A stretch of 64,000 bases of DNA from Pseudomonadales bacterium (GCA_029210125.1 JARGPR010000007.1:105008-169007), one strand, 5' to 3'; positions 21,448 through 31,886 are shown, numbered from the stretch's first letter. Program-made: numbers and translations. Notes: generated by a model not told the origin, from the sequence alone.

Positions 21448-22770
21448 CTACGGGATGATGGTATCGATAAGCAGCGGAATGCCTGTTTGGCTGCTGCCTT
21501 TTCGGGTCAGTGTGATGGAGCCCTGCAAGTCATTTTTGGAGGCAATTGGCTCGCCACTTTTTGATACCCTGGCAACCACTTCCACCTGCGCGAAACTGGA
21601 AACCTTTAGATTCGGACTCATCGCCATAGAATCGTCCAGGGTAACCCGAAGTGGTAAATCAGAGACCCTAAAACGATTAGCTGCCAGAGGTTGTCGAGGA
21701 CCGTTAACCGCTTTGGCAAACACATATACCCATAGGTTTGGGTCAAGGCCTTCGAGCAGTTTTGGTTCTATCGAGAGCTCGACTAACAGGCTACCGAAGT
21801 TCTGACCCGGTTTTGTGCTGAAATTAGAGCCCGATACACTCATACGCTGCCGTGCCTCTTCAACCCCGCGCAGCAAGGTTTGCTTGTTCTCCTCGTTGGC
21901 TGTGTTATCGGCTGCAAGCTGCCAGTTGCTGATCGCTTCGGAGTAGTTTTGTTTGGCAAAAGCATCCACACCCTTGAGGCCAAGTGCTGTAACTTCAAAA
22001 GGGTCTGCTTGCAATGCGCGTTCGATCGTACGCAAAACTATTGGTGTAACCTGTTGATTCGCCATAAAAAATTCGGCCTGTGCAGACAGCCCTAATACCA
22101 TGCCACGATTCTTGTCGGTATTGGCTTTATCGATCAGTGATGTGTAGATTTCAGCGGCCCTTACATATTCGCCGAGGGACATACGGGTTTTGGCAAGCAG
22201 CAGCCAGCCGGTAATATCATCCGGGCTGTCTTGTAGTTTGGCTTCAAGCTGATCGGCGAGTTGGGAAAAATCACGCTTTCCTGCCGGACCTCGTTTCTCA
22301 CCAACCTGTTCGCCGGAGTTGAGTTGCTCCAGCTCAGCAACCCGATCCGCCGAGCCCCATTGGAAATATAAATAAACGGACGCAACCGGGATAATGACAG
22401 ACAGCGTTATCGCAACGATAAACGTGTTGCGCGCGGTGGGGCGGCTAGCGGATGAATCATGCTGAGCATCGGATTCAGGGATATCAACCAGCAAATTGCG
22501 CTCTGTCTCAAGCTTTAGTTGATCGTGGTCCTGTTGGCTTATCTGGCCGTCAGCTAGTTGCTGGGCTAACTCCGCGATATTCTCGTTGAAGATAGTCAGA
22601 TTCTGGTTTTCACGCCGGCTATTTTTTTGTTCGGTTGAACCTTTCCCTTCAGTTGAGCTCGGCTCGTGCGTATTTAACGGATGGCGACGCTGCCACAAGA
22701 TCATCGGCACAAAGATCATTAAAATCGAAAGCAAAAGCAGGCCCGCAATGCTCAACCACAGTGCGTTCAT
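21448..22770 (-). CDS. ccmI: Cytochrome c biogenesis protein CcmI/CycH (TPR)
   Basis: N-terminal TM, TPR region and C-terminal LPLRVTLDDSMAM domain; last gene of the ccm operon. Confidence 0.88.
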   Translation of the reverse strand: MNALWLSIAGLLLLSILMIFVPMILWQRRHPLNTHEPSSTEGKGSTEQKNSRRENQNLTIFNENIAELAQQLADGQISQQDHDQLKLETERNLLVDIPESDAQHDSSASRPTARNTFIVAITLSVIIPVASVYLYFQWGSADRVAELEQLNSGEQVGEKRGPAGKRDFSQLADQLEAKLQDSPDDITGWLLLAKTRMSLGEYVRAAEIYTSLIDKANTDKNRGMVLGLSAQAEFFMANQQVTPIVLRTIERALQADPFEVTALGLKGVDAFAKQNYSEAISNWQLAADNTANEENKQTLLRGVEEARQRMSVSGSNFSTKPGQNFGSLLVELSIEPKLLEGLDPNLWVYVFAKAVNGPRQPLAANRFRVSDLPLRVTLDDSMAMSPNLKVSSFAQVEVVARVSKSGEPIASKNDLQGSITLTRKGSSQTGIPLLIDTIIP

Positions 22771-23294
22771 GATTTATTTCCTGTCATGCGTTCATCTGTA
22801 TTTTTTGATTTCATCAGCTCGTCGAGCCGGCTTTGATCGACCGTCGAAAGTGCGGAATCGTCACCCATATTCATGTCTTCAGCCGCATCAGAGTTAGCGG
22901 CTTTTCTCCCACGTATAATCCGTCCCGTCACAACCAGACCGAGCAACAATAAAATGAGAGGTCCAAACCAGAGCGGCCAGGTGCCCTTTTTAAATTGCGG
23001 CCGATAGAGCACGAAATCGCCATAACGATCCACCATATATTGCTGTATCTGTTGATCGGTTTTGCCTTCCTTTAATAGACGAATCAGCTGGGTTCGCAAG
23101 TCCTTGGCAATAGGCGCATTGGAACCGCTGAGATTGGTATTTTGGCATTTGGGGCAGCGCAACTCATCGGATAAACGAAGAAACCGCGCCTTGGTTTGAG
23201 GGTCATCGAACTCATGAATTTCAATTTCTGCAACGCAACTGAAACTCGTCCACAGGGATAAGAATAAAATAAAGAGTCGGAAACCAGCTTTCAT
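22767..23294 (-). CDS. ccmH: Cytochrome c biogenesis protein CcmH
   Basis: LRCPKCQN motif and YMVDRYGDFVLYRP. Confidence 0.95.
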   Translation of the reverse strand: MKAGFRLFILFLSLWTSFSCVAEIEIHEFDDPQTKARFLRLSDELRCPKCQNTNLSGSNAPIAKDLRTQLIRLLKEGKTDQQIQQYMVDRYGDFVLYRPQFKKGTWPLWFGPLILLLLGLVVTGRIIRGRKAANSDAAEDMNMGDDSALSTVDQSRLDELMKSKNTDERMTGNKS

Positions 23295-23848
23295 TGAATA
23301 ACCTTTTGGTCCGCGGCTAACTGCAGTTCTTCAACCAACGGCAACAACAGTTCGCGCCAAACCTGCATATCTACAACACCCACGTGTTTGTATCGAATCA
23401 TGCCGTTATGATCGATCACAAAAGTTTCCGGAGCACCGTAAACCCCTAAATCGATACCCAGGGAGCCTTCTTCATCAAAAACTGAAAAGCGATAAGGGTT
23501 GCCAAGCCTGGCAAGCCATTGCACGGCTTTACCTCTGTCATCTTTGTAGTTGAGACCGTAAATCGGCATATCAAACTGTTCGGCAATCTGATTGAGAAAA
23601 CGATGTTCAGCCCGACAGGATGGACACCAGGTCGCCCAAACGTTCACCAGGGCAACCTGTCCAATCAACATGGATTGATCAAGTTGTTGCCCCTGCTTTA
23701 GCCCCGGCATTGAAAATTCCGGAAATGCTTTGCCAACCAAGGCTGACGGCAGTTTTGAAGGCTCCAGCATTAACCCTCGATATAGAAAGCCACATACCAC
23801 AACAAAACCGATCAGCGGCAGGAATAACCTAAGTCTTTTAGAGTTCAA
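23291..23848 (-). CDS. ccmG: Thiol:disulfide interchange protein CcmG/DsbE
   Basis: WATWCPSC thioredoxin motif and GVYGAPETF. Confidence 0.95.
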   Translation of the reverse strand: MNSKRLRLFLPLIGFVVVCGFLYRGLMLEPSKLPSALVGKAFPEFSMPGLKQGQQLDQSMLIGQVALVNVWATWCPSCRAEHRFLNQIAEQFDMPIYGLNYKDDRGKAVQWLARLGNPYRFSVFDEEGSLGIDLGVYGAPETFVIDHNGMIRYKHVGVVDMQVWRELLLPLVEELQLAADQKVIQ

Positions 23849-25830
23849 ATGCCGACTCCGGAAGCAGTCACTTTTTTAGCACGGTAACGCCGGTCCAGAG
23901 TCGCGATAAAACCACCAAACGCCATCAATAAACCACCCAGCCATAACCAGCGTACCAATGGTTTTACCTGAATACGTACAGACCAGGCACCTTTGGTAAG
24001 GGGCTCGCCTAATGCCAGATAAAGGTCTCTAAAAAAACCGGCGTCAATGGCTGCTTCTGTCATCTGGCTTTGGCGGACGGGATAGGTGCGTTTTTCAGGC
24101 TTCATTATCCATCGTTCCCCCGCTTCATTAGTGACTTCAATATTCGCGGTAAGTGCAGTGTAGTTTGCCTGTTTGGTTTGACTTAAGCCCTTAAATTCAA
24201 ATTGATAACCACCCATTTCAACTAGATCACCCGGTGCCAAGCGCAGGTCTTTATCGACGCTATAGACCGACACGACCGCTACACCGATTACACAAATGGC
24301 GATACCCGCATGGGCTAGCAGCATCCCGTAATAACCAAGAGTTAATGAACGGATTCCATCGAAAACAGAGCCTTGATGAGCCTTTTTGTAACTCACCAGC
24401 TTGCCAACCAGATCCTTGATCAGCGCTATGAACAGCCACGTAGCAAACAGAACCGCCAGAATGATCTGTATATTCAGTTCATTCGTCGCCTCTAAGTCGC
24501 TGCTGATCCAGAGCCCAGCACACAAAATAAAGGAACAAAGCAGCGGAATAATATTTTTCTTGATGAGATCAGTAGTCGGCGAACGTTTCCAGAAAATTTG
24601 TGGCACCAGCGTCATTAATGGCAAAACCAGCAAAATAAGCGGTGCAAAAATCAGGTTAAAGTACGGAGGCCCAACTGATATTTTCCCACCGGTTGTAGCT
24701 TCATAAATCAGCGGATAAAAGGTACCCAGCAACACTGTCATGGTCGCAACGATCAGCAAAACATTATTCAGCAGCAGCAATGTTTCCCTGGAAAACAGCT
24801 CAAACACCGCATAGCTTTTTACCGTTGGTGCGCGCACTGCGTATATGATTAACGAAGTACCTATCACGACAGCGAGGAAAACCAGAATAAACATGCCACG
24901 CTCAGGGTCAACGGCAAACGCGTGCACCGAGGTCAGCACCCCGGAACGAACCAGAAAGGTCCCTAGCAAACTTAACGAAAATGCAGAGATTGCCAGTAGC
25001 ACCGTCCAGCTTTTAAAGGCACCACGTTTTTCCGTCACGGCAAGTGAATGCAGAAGCGCAGTACCCACTAACCAGGGCATCAACGAAGCATTTTCAACCG
25101 GATCCCAAAACCACCAGCCACCCCAACCCAGCTCGTAATAGGCCCACCAACTGCCCAGGGTGATACCGAGGGTTAAAAATACCCACGCAATATTAGTCCA
25201 GGGCCGCGACCAGCGAGCCCAGGATGCATCCAGTCGACCACTCAATAGTGCAGCAATAGCGAAGCTAAACGCGACTGAAAAGCCAACATAACCTGCGTAG
25301 AGCATTGGCGGATGAACGATTAATCCAAAATCCTGTAACAGCGGGTTTAGGTCGTTGCCATCAAGGGGAAAGTCAGGCAGAAATCGCAAAAATGGGTTGG
25401 ATGAATAGAGCAGAAATAGCTGAAAACCAACGCTGACCAGGCCCATAATGGATAACACCATAGCGCGAATATCGTTGGGCAGATTCCGGCTAAAGTAACC
25501 GACAGCAAAGGCCCAGCCCGAAAGAATTAGCACCCAAAGTAACAAGGAGCCTTCGTGGGCACCCCAGACAGCGGTTACTTTGTAGACCATCGGCAATGCG
25601 CGATTGGAGTTGCTGGCGACATAGATGACAGAGAAGTCATCAACCGCAAAGGACCAGGTTAACAAAGCAAAGCTAATGGCAATAAACACTAACTGAGCTG
25701 CAACTAACGGTCCGGCTAACCAAATTAACAGGGTGTTTTTTTGATACACCCCGAGCATAGGAAGCACACCCAGGGCAATGCTAAAACAAAACGACAGGAT
25801 AAGAGCAAAATGCCCAATTTCAGGGATCAT
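23845..25830 (-). CDS. ccmF: Heme lyase CcmF
   Basis: MIPEIGHFAL start and WAYYELGWGGWWFWDPVENAS (WWD) motif. Confidence 0.98.
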   Translation of the reverse strand: MIPEIGHFALILSFCFSIALGVLPMLGVYQKNTLLIWLAGPLVAAQLVFIAISFALLTWSFAVDDFSVIYVASNSNRALPMVYKVTAVWGAHEGSLLLWVLILSGWAFAVGYFSRNLPNDIRAMVLSIMGLVSVGFQLFLLYSSNPFLRFLPDFPLDGNDLNPLLQDFGLIVHPPMLYAGYVGFSVAFSFAIAALLSGRLDASWARWSRPWTNIAWVFLTLGITLGSWWAYYELGWGGWWFWDPVENASLMPWLVGTALLHSLAVTEKRGAFKSWTVLLAISAFSLSLLGTFLVRSGVLTSVHAFAVDPERGMFILVFLAVVIGTSLIIYAVRAPTVKSYAVFELFSRETLLLLNNVLLIVATMTVLLGTFYPLIYEATTGGKISVGPPYFNLIFAPLILLVLPLMTLVPQIFWKRSPTTDLIKKNIIPLLCSFILCAGLWISSDLEATNELNIQIILAVLFATWLFIALIKDLVGKLVSYKKAHQGSVFDGIRSLTLGYYGMLLAHAGIAICVIGVAVVSVYSVDKDLRLAPGDLVEMGGYQFEFKGLSQTKQANYTALTANIEVTNEAGERWIMKPEKRTYPVRQSQMTEAAIDAGFFRDLYLALGEPLTKGAWSVRIQVKPLVRWLWLGGLLMAFGGFIATLDRRYRAKKVTASGVGI

Positions 25831-26282
25831 AATTTTGGAGCAGCCTCGCTGGCATTTGCACCCTGTTTCTTCAACATATCAGAAACTTCCGGGGGCATAT
25901 AATTCTCATCATGTTTGGCTAACACTTCCGATGCCTGAAAACGGCCTTTGTCATCAAGCTTGCCGGTTGCCACAATGCCCTGCCCTTCACGAAAAAGGTC
26001 TGGCAATACACGGTCATAATGAACGATTAAACTATTTTCATAGTCGGTCACGGTAAACTGAATTTTGAGCGAATCCGGTTCCCGTTCGACGCTGCCTTCG
26101 GCGACCATACCACCCACACGGATCCGCTTATTAACCGGCGCTTCACCCTCTGCAACCTGAGTTGGCGAGTAAAACAAGTTAATGTTTTCGTTGAGCGCAT
26201 AGAGCACTAATGCGGCAGCGGCGGAAAAAACCGCCACTCCAACAATAACAATAATCAGACGTTTTTTATGAACCGCGTTCAT
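25827..26282 (-). CDS. ccmE: Heme chaperone CcmE
   Basis: LPDLFREGQG and LAKHDENYMPPE motifs. Confidence 0.97.
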   Translation of the reverse strand: MNAVHKKRLIIVIVGVAVFSAAAALVLYALNENINLFYSPTQVAEGEAPVNKRIRVGGMVAEGSVEREPDSLKIQFTVTDYENSLIVHYDRVLPDLFREGQGIVATGKLDDKGRFQASEVLAKHDENYMPPEVSDMLKKQGANASEAAPKL

Positions 26283-26482
26283 TGTGATGTTGCTCTCTTT
26301 TTGTTGTGTTCTCGTCGAAGTCGGGCTTGCTGTTTAGCGACCACTTTTCGTTTGTTGAGCATCGGCAAAATAACGTTCAGGGACAATATCAGCAAGCCAA
26401 GCCCGTAGGCACTCCATACATAAGCAGCGTGTTTGCCCATCGCTAAAAATGCTTCGAAACTATCAAAATACATCTGAATCAA
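26279..26482 (-). CDS. ccmD: Heme exporter protein CcmD
   Basis: Small protein FLAMGKHAAYVWSAYG between ccmC and ccmE. Confidence 0.92.
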   Translation of the reverse strand: MIQMYFDSFEAFLAMGKHAAYVWSAYGLGLLILSLNVILPMLNKRKVVAKQQARLRREHNKKRATSQ

Positions 26483-27270
26483 GCACCTCTTTTTGTCGCG
26501 CTGGTTTTTTCCACACTAGTCGTGGAGGATTCAATCGGAGTTTCGATCAGTTTTCGAACCCAGTTGGTTTTGTGTTCGCGCTCTAGAATTTCATTACGCA
26601 GACGTAATATCAGCACCACTCCAAATACCAGGTAAAACGCGATTACCATCACCAGCAGCGGGGACCACATCTCCACGGGCATTGAAGGTTTCTCAGTCAG
26701 TTTAAAGGTGGCCGGCTGGTGCAGGGTATTCCACCACTCGACTGAATATTTGATGATCGGAATATTAACCAATCCCACCAGCGCGAGCAGCGAGCCAGCG
26801 CGTGCTGCGCCACTAGCGGTGCTGATGGCTGATTGCAGGGCAATAACACCAAAATAGAGGAAAAGTAATATCAACATTGAGGTACCACGAGCGTCCCATA
26901 CCCACCAGGTACCCCAGGTTGGATACCCCCAAATACCACCAGTTACCAGCGCCAAAAAGGTAATAGAAGCACCAAAGGGCGCGATACATTTGAGTGCCAT
27001 TTCAGCCAGCTTGATACGCCAGATCAGTACAATCCCACCCGCTACCGCCATCATCATGTAACAGGACTGGGCCAGAATTGCTGACGGTACATGGATGTAC
27101 ATAATGCGGAAGCTGTTGCCCTGCTGATAATCAGCCGGCGCATAGGCCAGTGCCATGATCAAGCCAGCGGTTAAAAACAGTACCGCAGCGCAGGCGATCC
27201 AGGGCAACCATCGGCCGCTGATCTGGTAAAACCATTTAGGTGAGGAGAGTTTATGAAACCAGGTCCACAT
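26479..27270 (-). CDS. ccmC: Heme exporter protein CcmC
   Basis: WGYPTWGTWWVWDAR WWD motif and WWNTLHQPA. Confidence 0.97.
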   Translation of the reverse strand: MWTWFHKLSSPKWFYQISGRWLPWIACAAVLFLTAGLIMALAYAPADYQQGNSFRIMYIHVPSAILAQSCYMMMAVAGGIVLIWRIKLAEMALKCIAPFGASITFLALVTGGIWGYPTWGTWWVWDARGTSMLILLFLYFGVIALQSAISTASGAARAGSLLALVGLVNIPIIKYSVEWWNTLHQPATFKLTEKPSMPVEMWSPLLVMVIAFYLVFGVVLILRLRNEILEREHKTNWVRKLIETPIESSTTSVEKTSATKRGA

Positions 27271-27318
27271 CGATAATTCAGTCTATGTTTATCAGAAAAT
27301 AAAAGGCGATATTGAGTA

Positions 27319-27993
27319 TTAGTTATTAATACTGATCTTCAACGCAAATGCGGTCGCAAAGGGCGCGGCCAGCAGCGCCAATAACAACATCGCAGCCAAA
27401 ATTGCCAACTGCGGGTTATACAACATACCCATGTTGGCGGCCTCGATTGCGCTGGCACTAAATACCAATATCGGAATAAACAACGGCAATACGATTAGCG
27501 ATAACAGCACCCCGCCACGATGAAGCCCAACGGTAAGCGCGGCCCCAATCCCACCAATCAAACTGATGGTAGGCGTACCAAGTAACAGCGTTAAAAACAG
27601 CGCACCATAACCCTCCGCGGGGAGGTGCAACATCAAGGCCAGTACGGGCGCGAGCAGTATAATCGGAAAAACCGTAGTAAACCAATGAGTGATCACCTTT
27701 ACCAACACCATCATGGCGATAGGTGATGGACTTATCAAAAGCTGCTCTAGTGAACCGTCGTCAAAATCATTTTTGAACAGGGAATCCAGCGACAACATCA
27801 GCGCCAATAGCGCAGCTATCCAGATAACAGGCCCGGCGATTAGGGATAAAAACTCCGGCTCCGGGCTAATACCCAACGGGAACAAGGCCACTACCATCAA
27901 AAAGAACACCAGCGGGTTCAGTATCTCCGCCGGATAACGTGCCGCGATCAATAGTTCCCGGCCGATCATTGATTTTATGCTGTACCAGTACAA
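27319..27993 (-). CDS. ccmB: Heme exporter protein CcmB
   Basis: DFDDGSLEQL motif; hydrophobic; operon position. Confidence 0.95.
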   Translation of the reverse strand: MYWYSIKSMIGRELLIAARYPAEILNPLVFFLMVVALFPLGISPEPEFLSLIAGPVIWIAALLALMLSLDSLFKNDFDDGSLEQLLISPSPIAMMVLVKVITHWFTTVFPIILLAPVLALMLHLPAEGYGALFLTLLLGTPTISLIGGIGAALTVGLHRGGVLLSLIVLPLFIPILVFSASAIEAANMGMLYNPQLAILAAMLLLALLAAPFATAFALKISINN

Positions 27994-28012
27994 CTCTGTA
28001 AATTCCTGAAGG

Positions 28013-28633
28013 TTAGCCGAGCACCAAATGCTCTGTGGGTACGGTTAAATTCATCTGTTGATGGGTTGTGATAAAAACCACCCCACCCTGCTCCGCATGT
28101 TGATTGATGGCCGACTCAAGGGTCGCAACCCCTCCTTTGTCGATAGCGGTAAAGGGTTCATCAAGTATCCAGACTTTTTCGTTGCTGATGAACATTCGTG
28201 CCAAACTAACACGGCGTTTTTGTCCCGCGGACAGATAACCGCAGGGAATGTCCTCAAATCCCGCTAGTCCTGAGAGCGCTAATGCATGTTCGATCTCAAC
28301 TCTGCCTCGAACACCTCTAAGGCTCAGTAGCCATTTAAGGTTTTCACGGGCAGTCAGGCTCGATTTGATGCCCGCATGATGGCCTAAATAAAGCAGGTTT
28401 TCCCGATAATGGCTGGCGGCGCTATTGATCCTCTGATCCTGCCAATACACTTGCCCTTCGACGGGGTCAATCAGGCCACAAAGAATCTTCAGAAGCGTTG
28501 TTTTTCCGGAACCATTGGGGCCTTCAACATAAATGACCTCACCGGGCCGGGCTGAAAAATTCAGATCTTCAAATAGCAACAAATCGTCGTATTCGAATAA
28601 CAGATTTTCTGCGCGTAATAACGCCTGGGGCAA
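28013..28633 (-). CDS. ccmA: Heme ABC exporter ATPase CcmA
   Basis: GPNGSGKTT, LSAGQKRRVSLAR, WILDEPFTAID. Confidence 0.96.
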   Translation of the reverse strand: MPQALLRAENLLFEYDDLLLFEDLNFSARPGEVIYVEGPNGSGKTTLLKILCGLIDPVEGQVYWQDQRINSAASHYRENLLYLGHHAGIKSSLTARENLKWLLSLRGVRGRVEIEHALALSGLAGFEDIPCGYLSAGQKRRVSLARMFISNEKVWILDEPFTAIDKGGVATLESAINQHAEQGGVVFITTHQQMNLTVPTEHLVLG

Positions 28634-28758
28634 GGTGCAAACTCCCTAACTGGTACATGAGCCAATAAACATTGGATGGATCAATCAAAAAACCGACTTG
28701 ATCATCGAGACGCTATACTTAAATCTCGACCATTATATAGATAGAACACAACGAGTTC

Positions 28759-30306
28759 ATGCCAGGCCCAATCCCACCCAGCAATAACCTTCCCAGCAGC
28801 CCAATTGTGCAGGCAGCCAAAGGCGTATTGCCGGACCTTAAAACCGGCTCAATCGTAATCGCCCAGGTGATTAGAACCGAAGCACCAAACCCACAGCAAA
28901 TTAAACAGGGACTACAGCGCATTCAGCTTCGATTAGAAGGTCAACTAATTGCGGTCAGCAGCAACAAACCTATGCAACCCGGCTCAGCGGTCAAGCTACA
29001 GGTAACCGGCCCCAATCAATGGACCTTGCTACCAAACTCACCAGCCGCAAAAACAGTACCTTCTGATCTGAATGCCTGGATGCAGGCCCAGCGGCAATCA
29101 TTGCCTACACAAACCGAACTTGGTTCAGTTATTCGAAACCTTTTGACTCAGTCCACCGGCCTAACCAACCTCTCGCAAAACAGCTCACTGAACTCAATGG
29201 CGCAAATATTGTTGGCTAGCAACCGTGAACTGCGCTCTTCCTTATTAACAAAACAGAACCTGTCGGATCCGTCGAAGATTCTCAAAGCGATCAAAAACAG
29301 CGGATTAACATTTGAATCGAAAATACTCAGCAAAAACGAAGCTGCGGCTTCCAGGCCCAGCGGCGCAACCAGCCTAAGCACCAGTTCCCCGAGTAGCTCC
29401 GTTGCAGGCGGCGATCTTAAATCGATTTTGCTGAAAACTATTCAGCAACTTGAAGCTGTGAAAGCAAACCAGGCAAAACCAACAACAGCAACCCAGGGAA
29501 GCCACACCGCCTCTGGCAACAATACAAACCCGGTTGCAGCTCGCACATCTGAAGGTAAAGCCACCAACAATACAGCCGCCCAAACCCGAACACCCGGCGC
29601 AGCAAACAATCCGACAAGCATCCCCCCGGCTGCTGCTACGAACACCCTGACAAGCAACTCTTCGGTCAACGCGGCAACTGGCGGCACCGCCTCAAAGACG
29701 GCTCAGTCAGCCCAAACCATCCCGGCAAAACCGGACACAGCTTTACCCAATTTAGCCAGCACCACCCAAAAACCCGCTGCCCCAGTTAACGCTCAACAAT
29801 CGTCGAGAGGTGCGGCAGAACTGGTAGAGCTGGTGCTAAAACAAATTAACGGCGGGGTTGCGAAAATACAGCAGCAACAGCTACAGAGCGTCGGCAGTCA
29901 AAATCAATGGAGCAACCCCGCCAATATCCAAAATAGCTGGCTGTTGGATTTACCTGTATTAAATAACCCCCATGTCGATTCATTTAATATTCGAATTGAT
30001 CAGGAAGATCCTCAAACCAACGCGGACAACTCCCGCGCTGAAAACGGCTGGGTGGTAACGCTACGATTTGATCTCGACAAACTAGGGCCAATCTCCGTAA
30101 AAGCCAGGCTGGTTGGGTTAGAGGTCAGCATGGACCTTTGGTCGCAACGCCCTAGCGTACTTGCGATGATGCAAAAGGAGTTCACCAACCTCCAGCAAGC
30201 GTTGGAATCAAAGGGGCTGGATGTCAAATCGCTAAGCAGTCACTACGGTGAATTAAAAGAACCACGTCCAGTGGTCGAGCAATCACTGCTTCATGTAAAA
30301 ACCTAA
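28759..30306 (+). CDS. FliK-like hook-length-control domain protein with a long low-complexity linker
   Basis: C-terminal WLLDLPV...WVVTLRFDLDKLGPISV...LESKGLDV resembles the Flg_hook domain; T/A/S/N-rich middle; followed by an FlhB-C-like gene. Confidence 0.75.
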   Translation: MPGPIPPSNNLPSSPIVQAAKGVLPDLKTGSIVIAQVIRTEAPNPQQIKQGLQRIQLRLEGQLIAVSSNKPMQPGSAVKLQVTGPNQWTLLPNSPAAKTVPSDLNAWMQAQRQSLPTQTELGSVIRNLLTQSTGLTNLSQNSSLNSMAQILLASNRELRSSLLTKQNLSDPSKILKAIKNSGLTFESKILSKNEAAASRPSGATSLSTSSPSSSVAGGDLKSILLKTIQQLEAVKANQAKPTTATQGSHTASGNNTNPVAARTSEGKATNNTAAQTRTPGAANNPTSIPPAAATNTLTSNSSVNAATGGTASKTAQSAQTIPAKPDTALPNLASTTQKPAAPVNAQQSSRGAAELVELVLKQINGGVAKIQQQQLQSVGSQNQWSNPANIQNSWLLDLPVLNNPHVDSFNIRIDQEDPQTNADNSRAENGWVVTLRFDLDKLGPISVKARLVGLEVSMDLWSQRPSVLAMMQKEFTNLQQALESKGLDVKSLSSHYGELKEPRPVVEQSLLHVKT

Positions 30307-30313
30307 ATCAAAC

Positions 30314-30658
30314 ATGAAGAATAAAACCACAAAAGTTACTAAAGCCACTAAGACCAAGGTCAACCAGGCCAGCGCACTGAGCTACGACGGCACCCGTGCG
30401 CCGGTAGTTAGTGCCACGGGTACAGATGCAACCGCCGAGCAGATTGTAGAAATAGCCAAACAACACGAAATCCCAATTTATCAAAATCCAGAATTGGCGA
30501 AATTATTAGCTCAAATAGAAGTGGGCGATGAAATCCCGGAAATGCTCTACCTCATCATCGCCGAGATTCTCGCGCTAGCCTACCGCTTACAAGACAAGGT
30601 ACCCGAAGGCTGGGAACCACCGGAAGATGAAATTAAAAACCTAGATGGACCTAATTAG
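30314..30658 (+). CDS. FlhB C-terminal-like / EscU-YscU switch-domain protein (YlqH-like)
   Basis: ALSYDGTRAPVVSATG...AEQIVEIAKQHEIPIYQNPELA...EIPEMLYLIIAEILA. Confidence 0.88.
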   Translation: MKNKTTKVTKATKTKVNQASALSYDGTRAPVVSATGTDATAEQIVEIAKQHEIPIYQNPELAKLLAQIEVGDEIPEMLYLIIAEILALAYRLQDKVPEGWEPPEDEIKNLDGPN

Positions 30659-30722
30659 TTGTATCCCTGCACTAAATCGAAAATAATCATGCGAATAAAA
30701 AATCACCATAGGGATATTCGTC

Positions 30723-31772
30723 ATGGCCGCGCCGATTCAATACCGGAAAGACAAAAAACGCACCGAGTTTCTTGATCCTCGTAACGAATACAAACTGTCC
30801 GAAGTAGAAACCGAAATACGATACGATCCACTGACAAGCACCAGCAGCCGAATCTGTCATTTCTCGCGGGATAAAATGGATCCGCCCGACCTTACCGAAA
30901 TGGTCGAAGCCTCAACAGGCTTTTGCCCCTTCTGCCCAGAACATATCGACACCGTCACACCAAAATACCCCGAGAGCTTTCTTGAAGGCGGTCGCCTGTC
31001 ACTTGGGGATGCAAAGTTATTCCCAAACCTGTTTCCCTACGACGATGTTTCCGCACTAGCCATTATCAGCAGCCAACACTACCTGCCAATGGACGATATG
31101 CCCGTTCAGGCACTGGTTGATGGCATCAGCATCGCCCAGGAATTCTTTCTCAAAAAAGACAACAGCCAGGCCCTAGGCAAAAAGTTTTACAGCATGGTGA
31201 CCTGGAACTACATGCCACCGGCGGGTAGCTCACTGATCCATCCCCATCTACAGGTATTGCACACCAGCAATCCCGGCAACGCCTTACGCAGAGAGATTGA
31301 AGCAGAAAGCTGCTACTACGAAGAACACCAACGCAACTATATGGAAGACCTGATCAAATCAGAACAGAGCTCCGGCGAACGCTGGGTCGGAACCCACGGT
31401 GCAGCACAATGGTTTGTACCCTTCTCCCCAACCGGCATTATTGGTGATGTCATTGCAGCCTTCCCCGGCAAAGCCACATTAGCGGATCTGAGTGCAGACG
31501 ATATCCGTGAATTCGCCGAAGGCATGAACAACATCCTCAAAACCTTCAGCGAATACGGTTTATGGAGCTTCAACTTCGGCTTCTTTCCCGCAGCCGATGG
31601 CAGCGACCCAAAAGAACACTGGCTCTATGCCCGCATCGTGCCACGTATTTTTGTAAACCCCATGACCAACGCCGGTGATGCCTCCTATATGCAGTTTTTA
31701 ATAGAAGAGCGAGTAGCCATGGTTTATCCAGAAGTTACCGCAGAACGGTTACGTGCCGGATGGAAATTTTGA
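30723..31772 (+). CDS. GalT/HIT-superfamily nucleotidyltransferase (galactose-1-P uridylyltransferase-like)
   Basis: RYDPLT, CPFCPE zinc motif, FPNLFPY and AGSSLIHPHLQ (HxHxQ catalytic motif). Confidence 0.8.
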   Translation: MAAPIQYRKDKKRTEFLDPRNEYKLSEVETEIRYDPLTSTSSRICHFSRDKMDPPDLTEMVEASTGFCPFCPEHIDTVTPKYPESFLEGGRLSLGDAKLFPNLFPYDDVSALAIISSQHYLPMDDMPVQALVDGISIAQEFFLKKDNSQALGKKFYSMVTWNYMPPAGSSLIHPHLQVLHTSNPGNALRREIEAESCYYEEHQRNYMEDLIKSEQSSGERWVGTHGAAQWFVPFSPTGIIGDVIAAFPGKATLADLSADDIREFAEGMNNILKTFSEYGLWSFNFGFFPAADGSDPKEHWLYARIVPRIFVNPMTNAGDASYMQFLIEERVAMVYPEVTAERLRAGWKF

Positions 31773-31886
31773 TTTGGGGTAGTTTGTGCAAAATCAAAAG
31801 ATATTCATGTTTGGTATTTTAATATCCTACTACGTGGGAAATTAGCTCCACTTATTCATACTAGTTAGCTGCAAAAAGGAAGGAAT

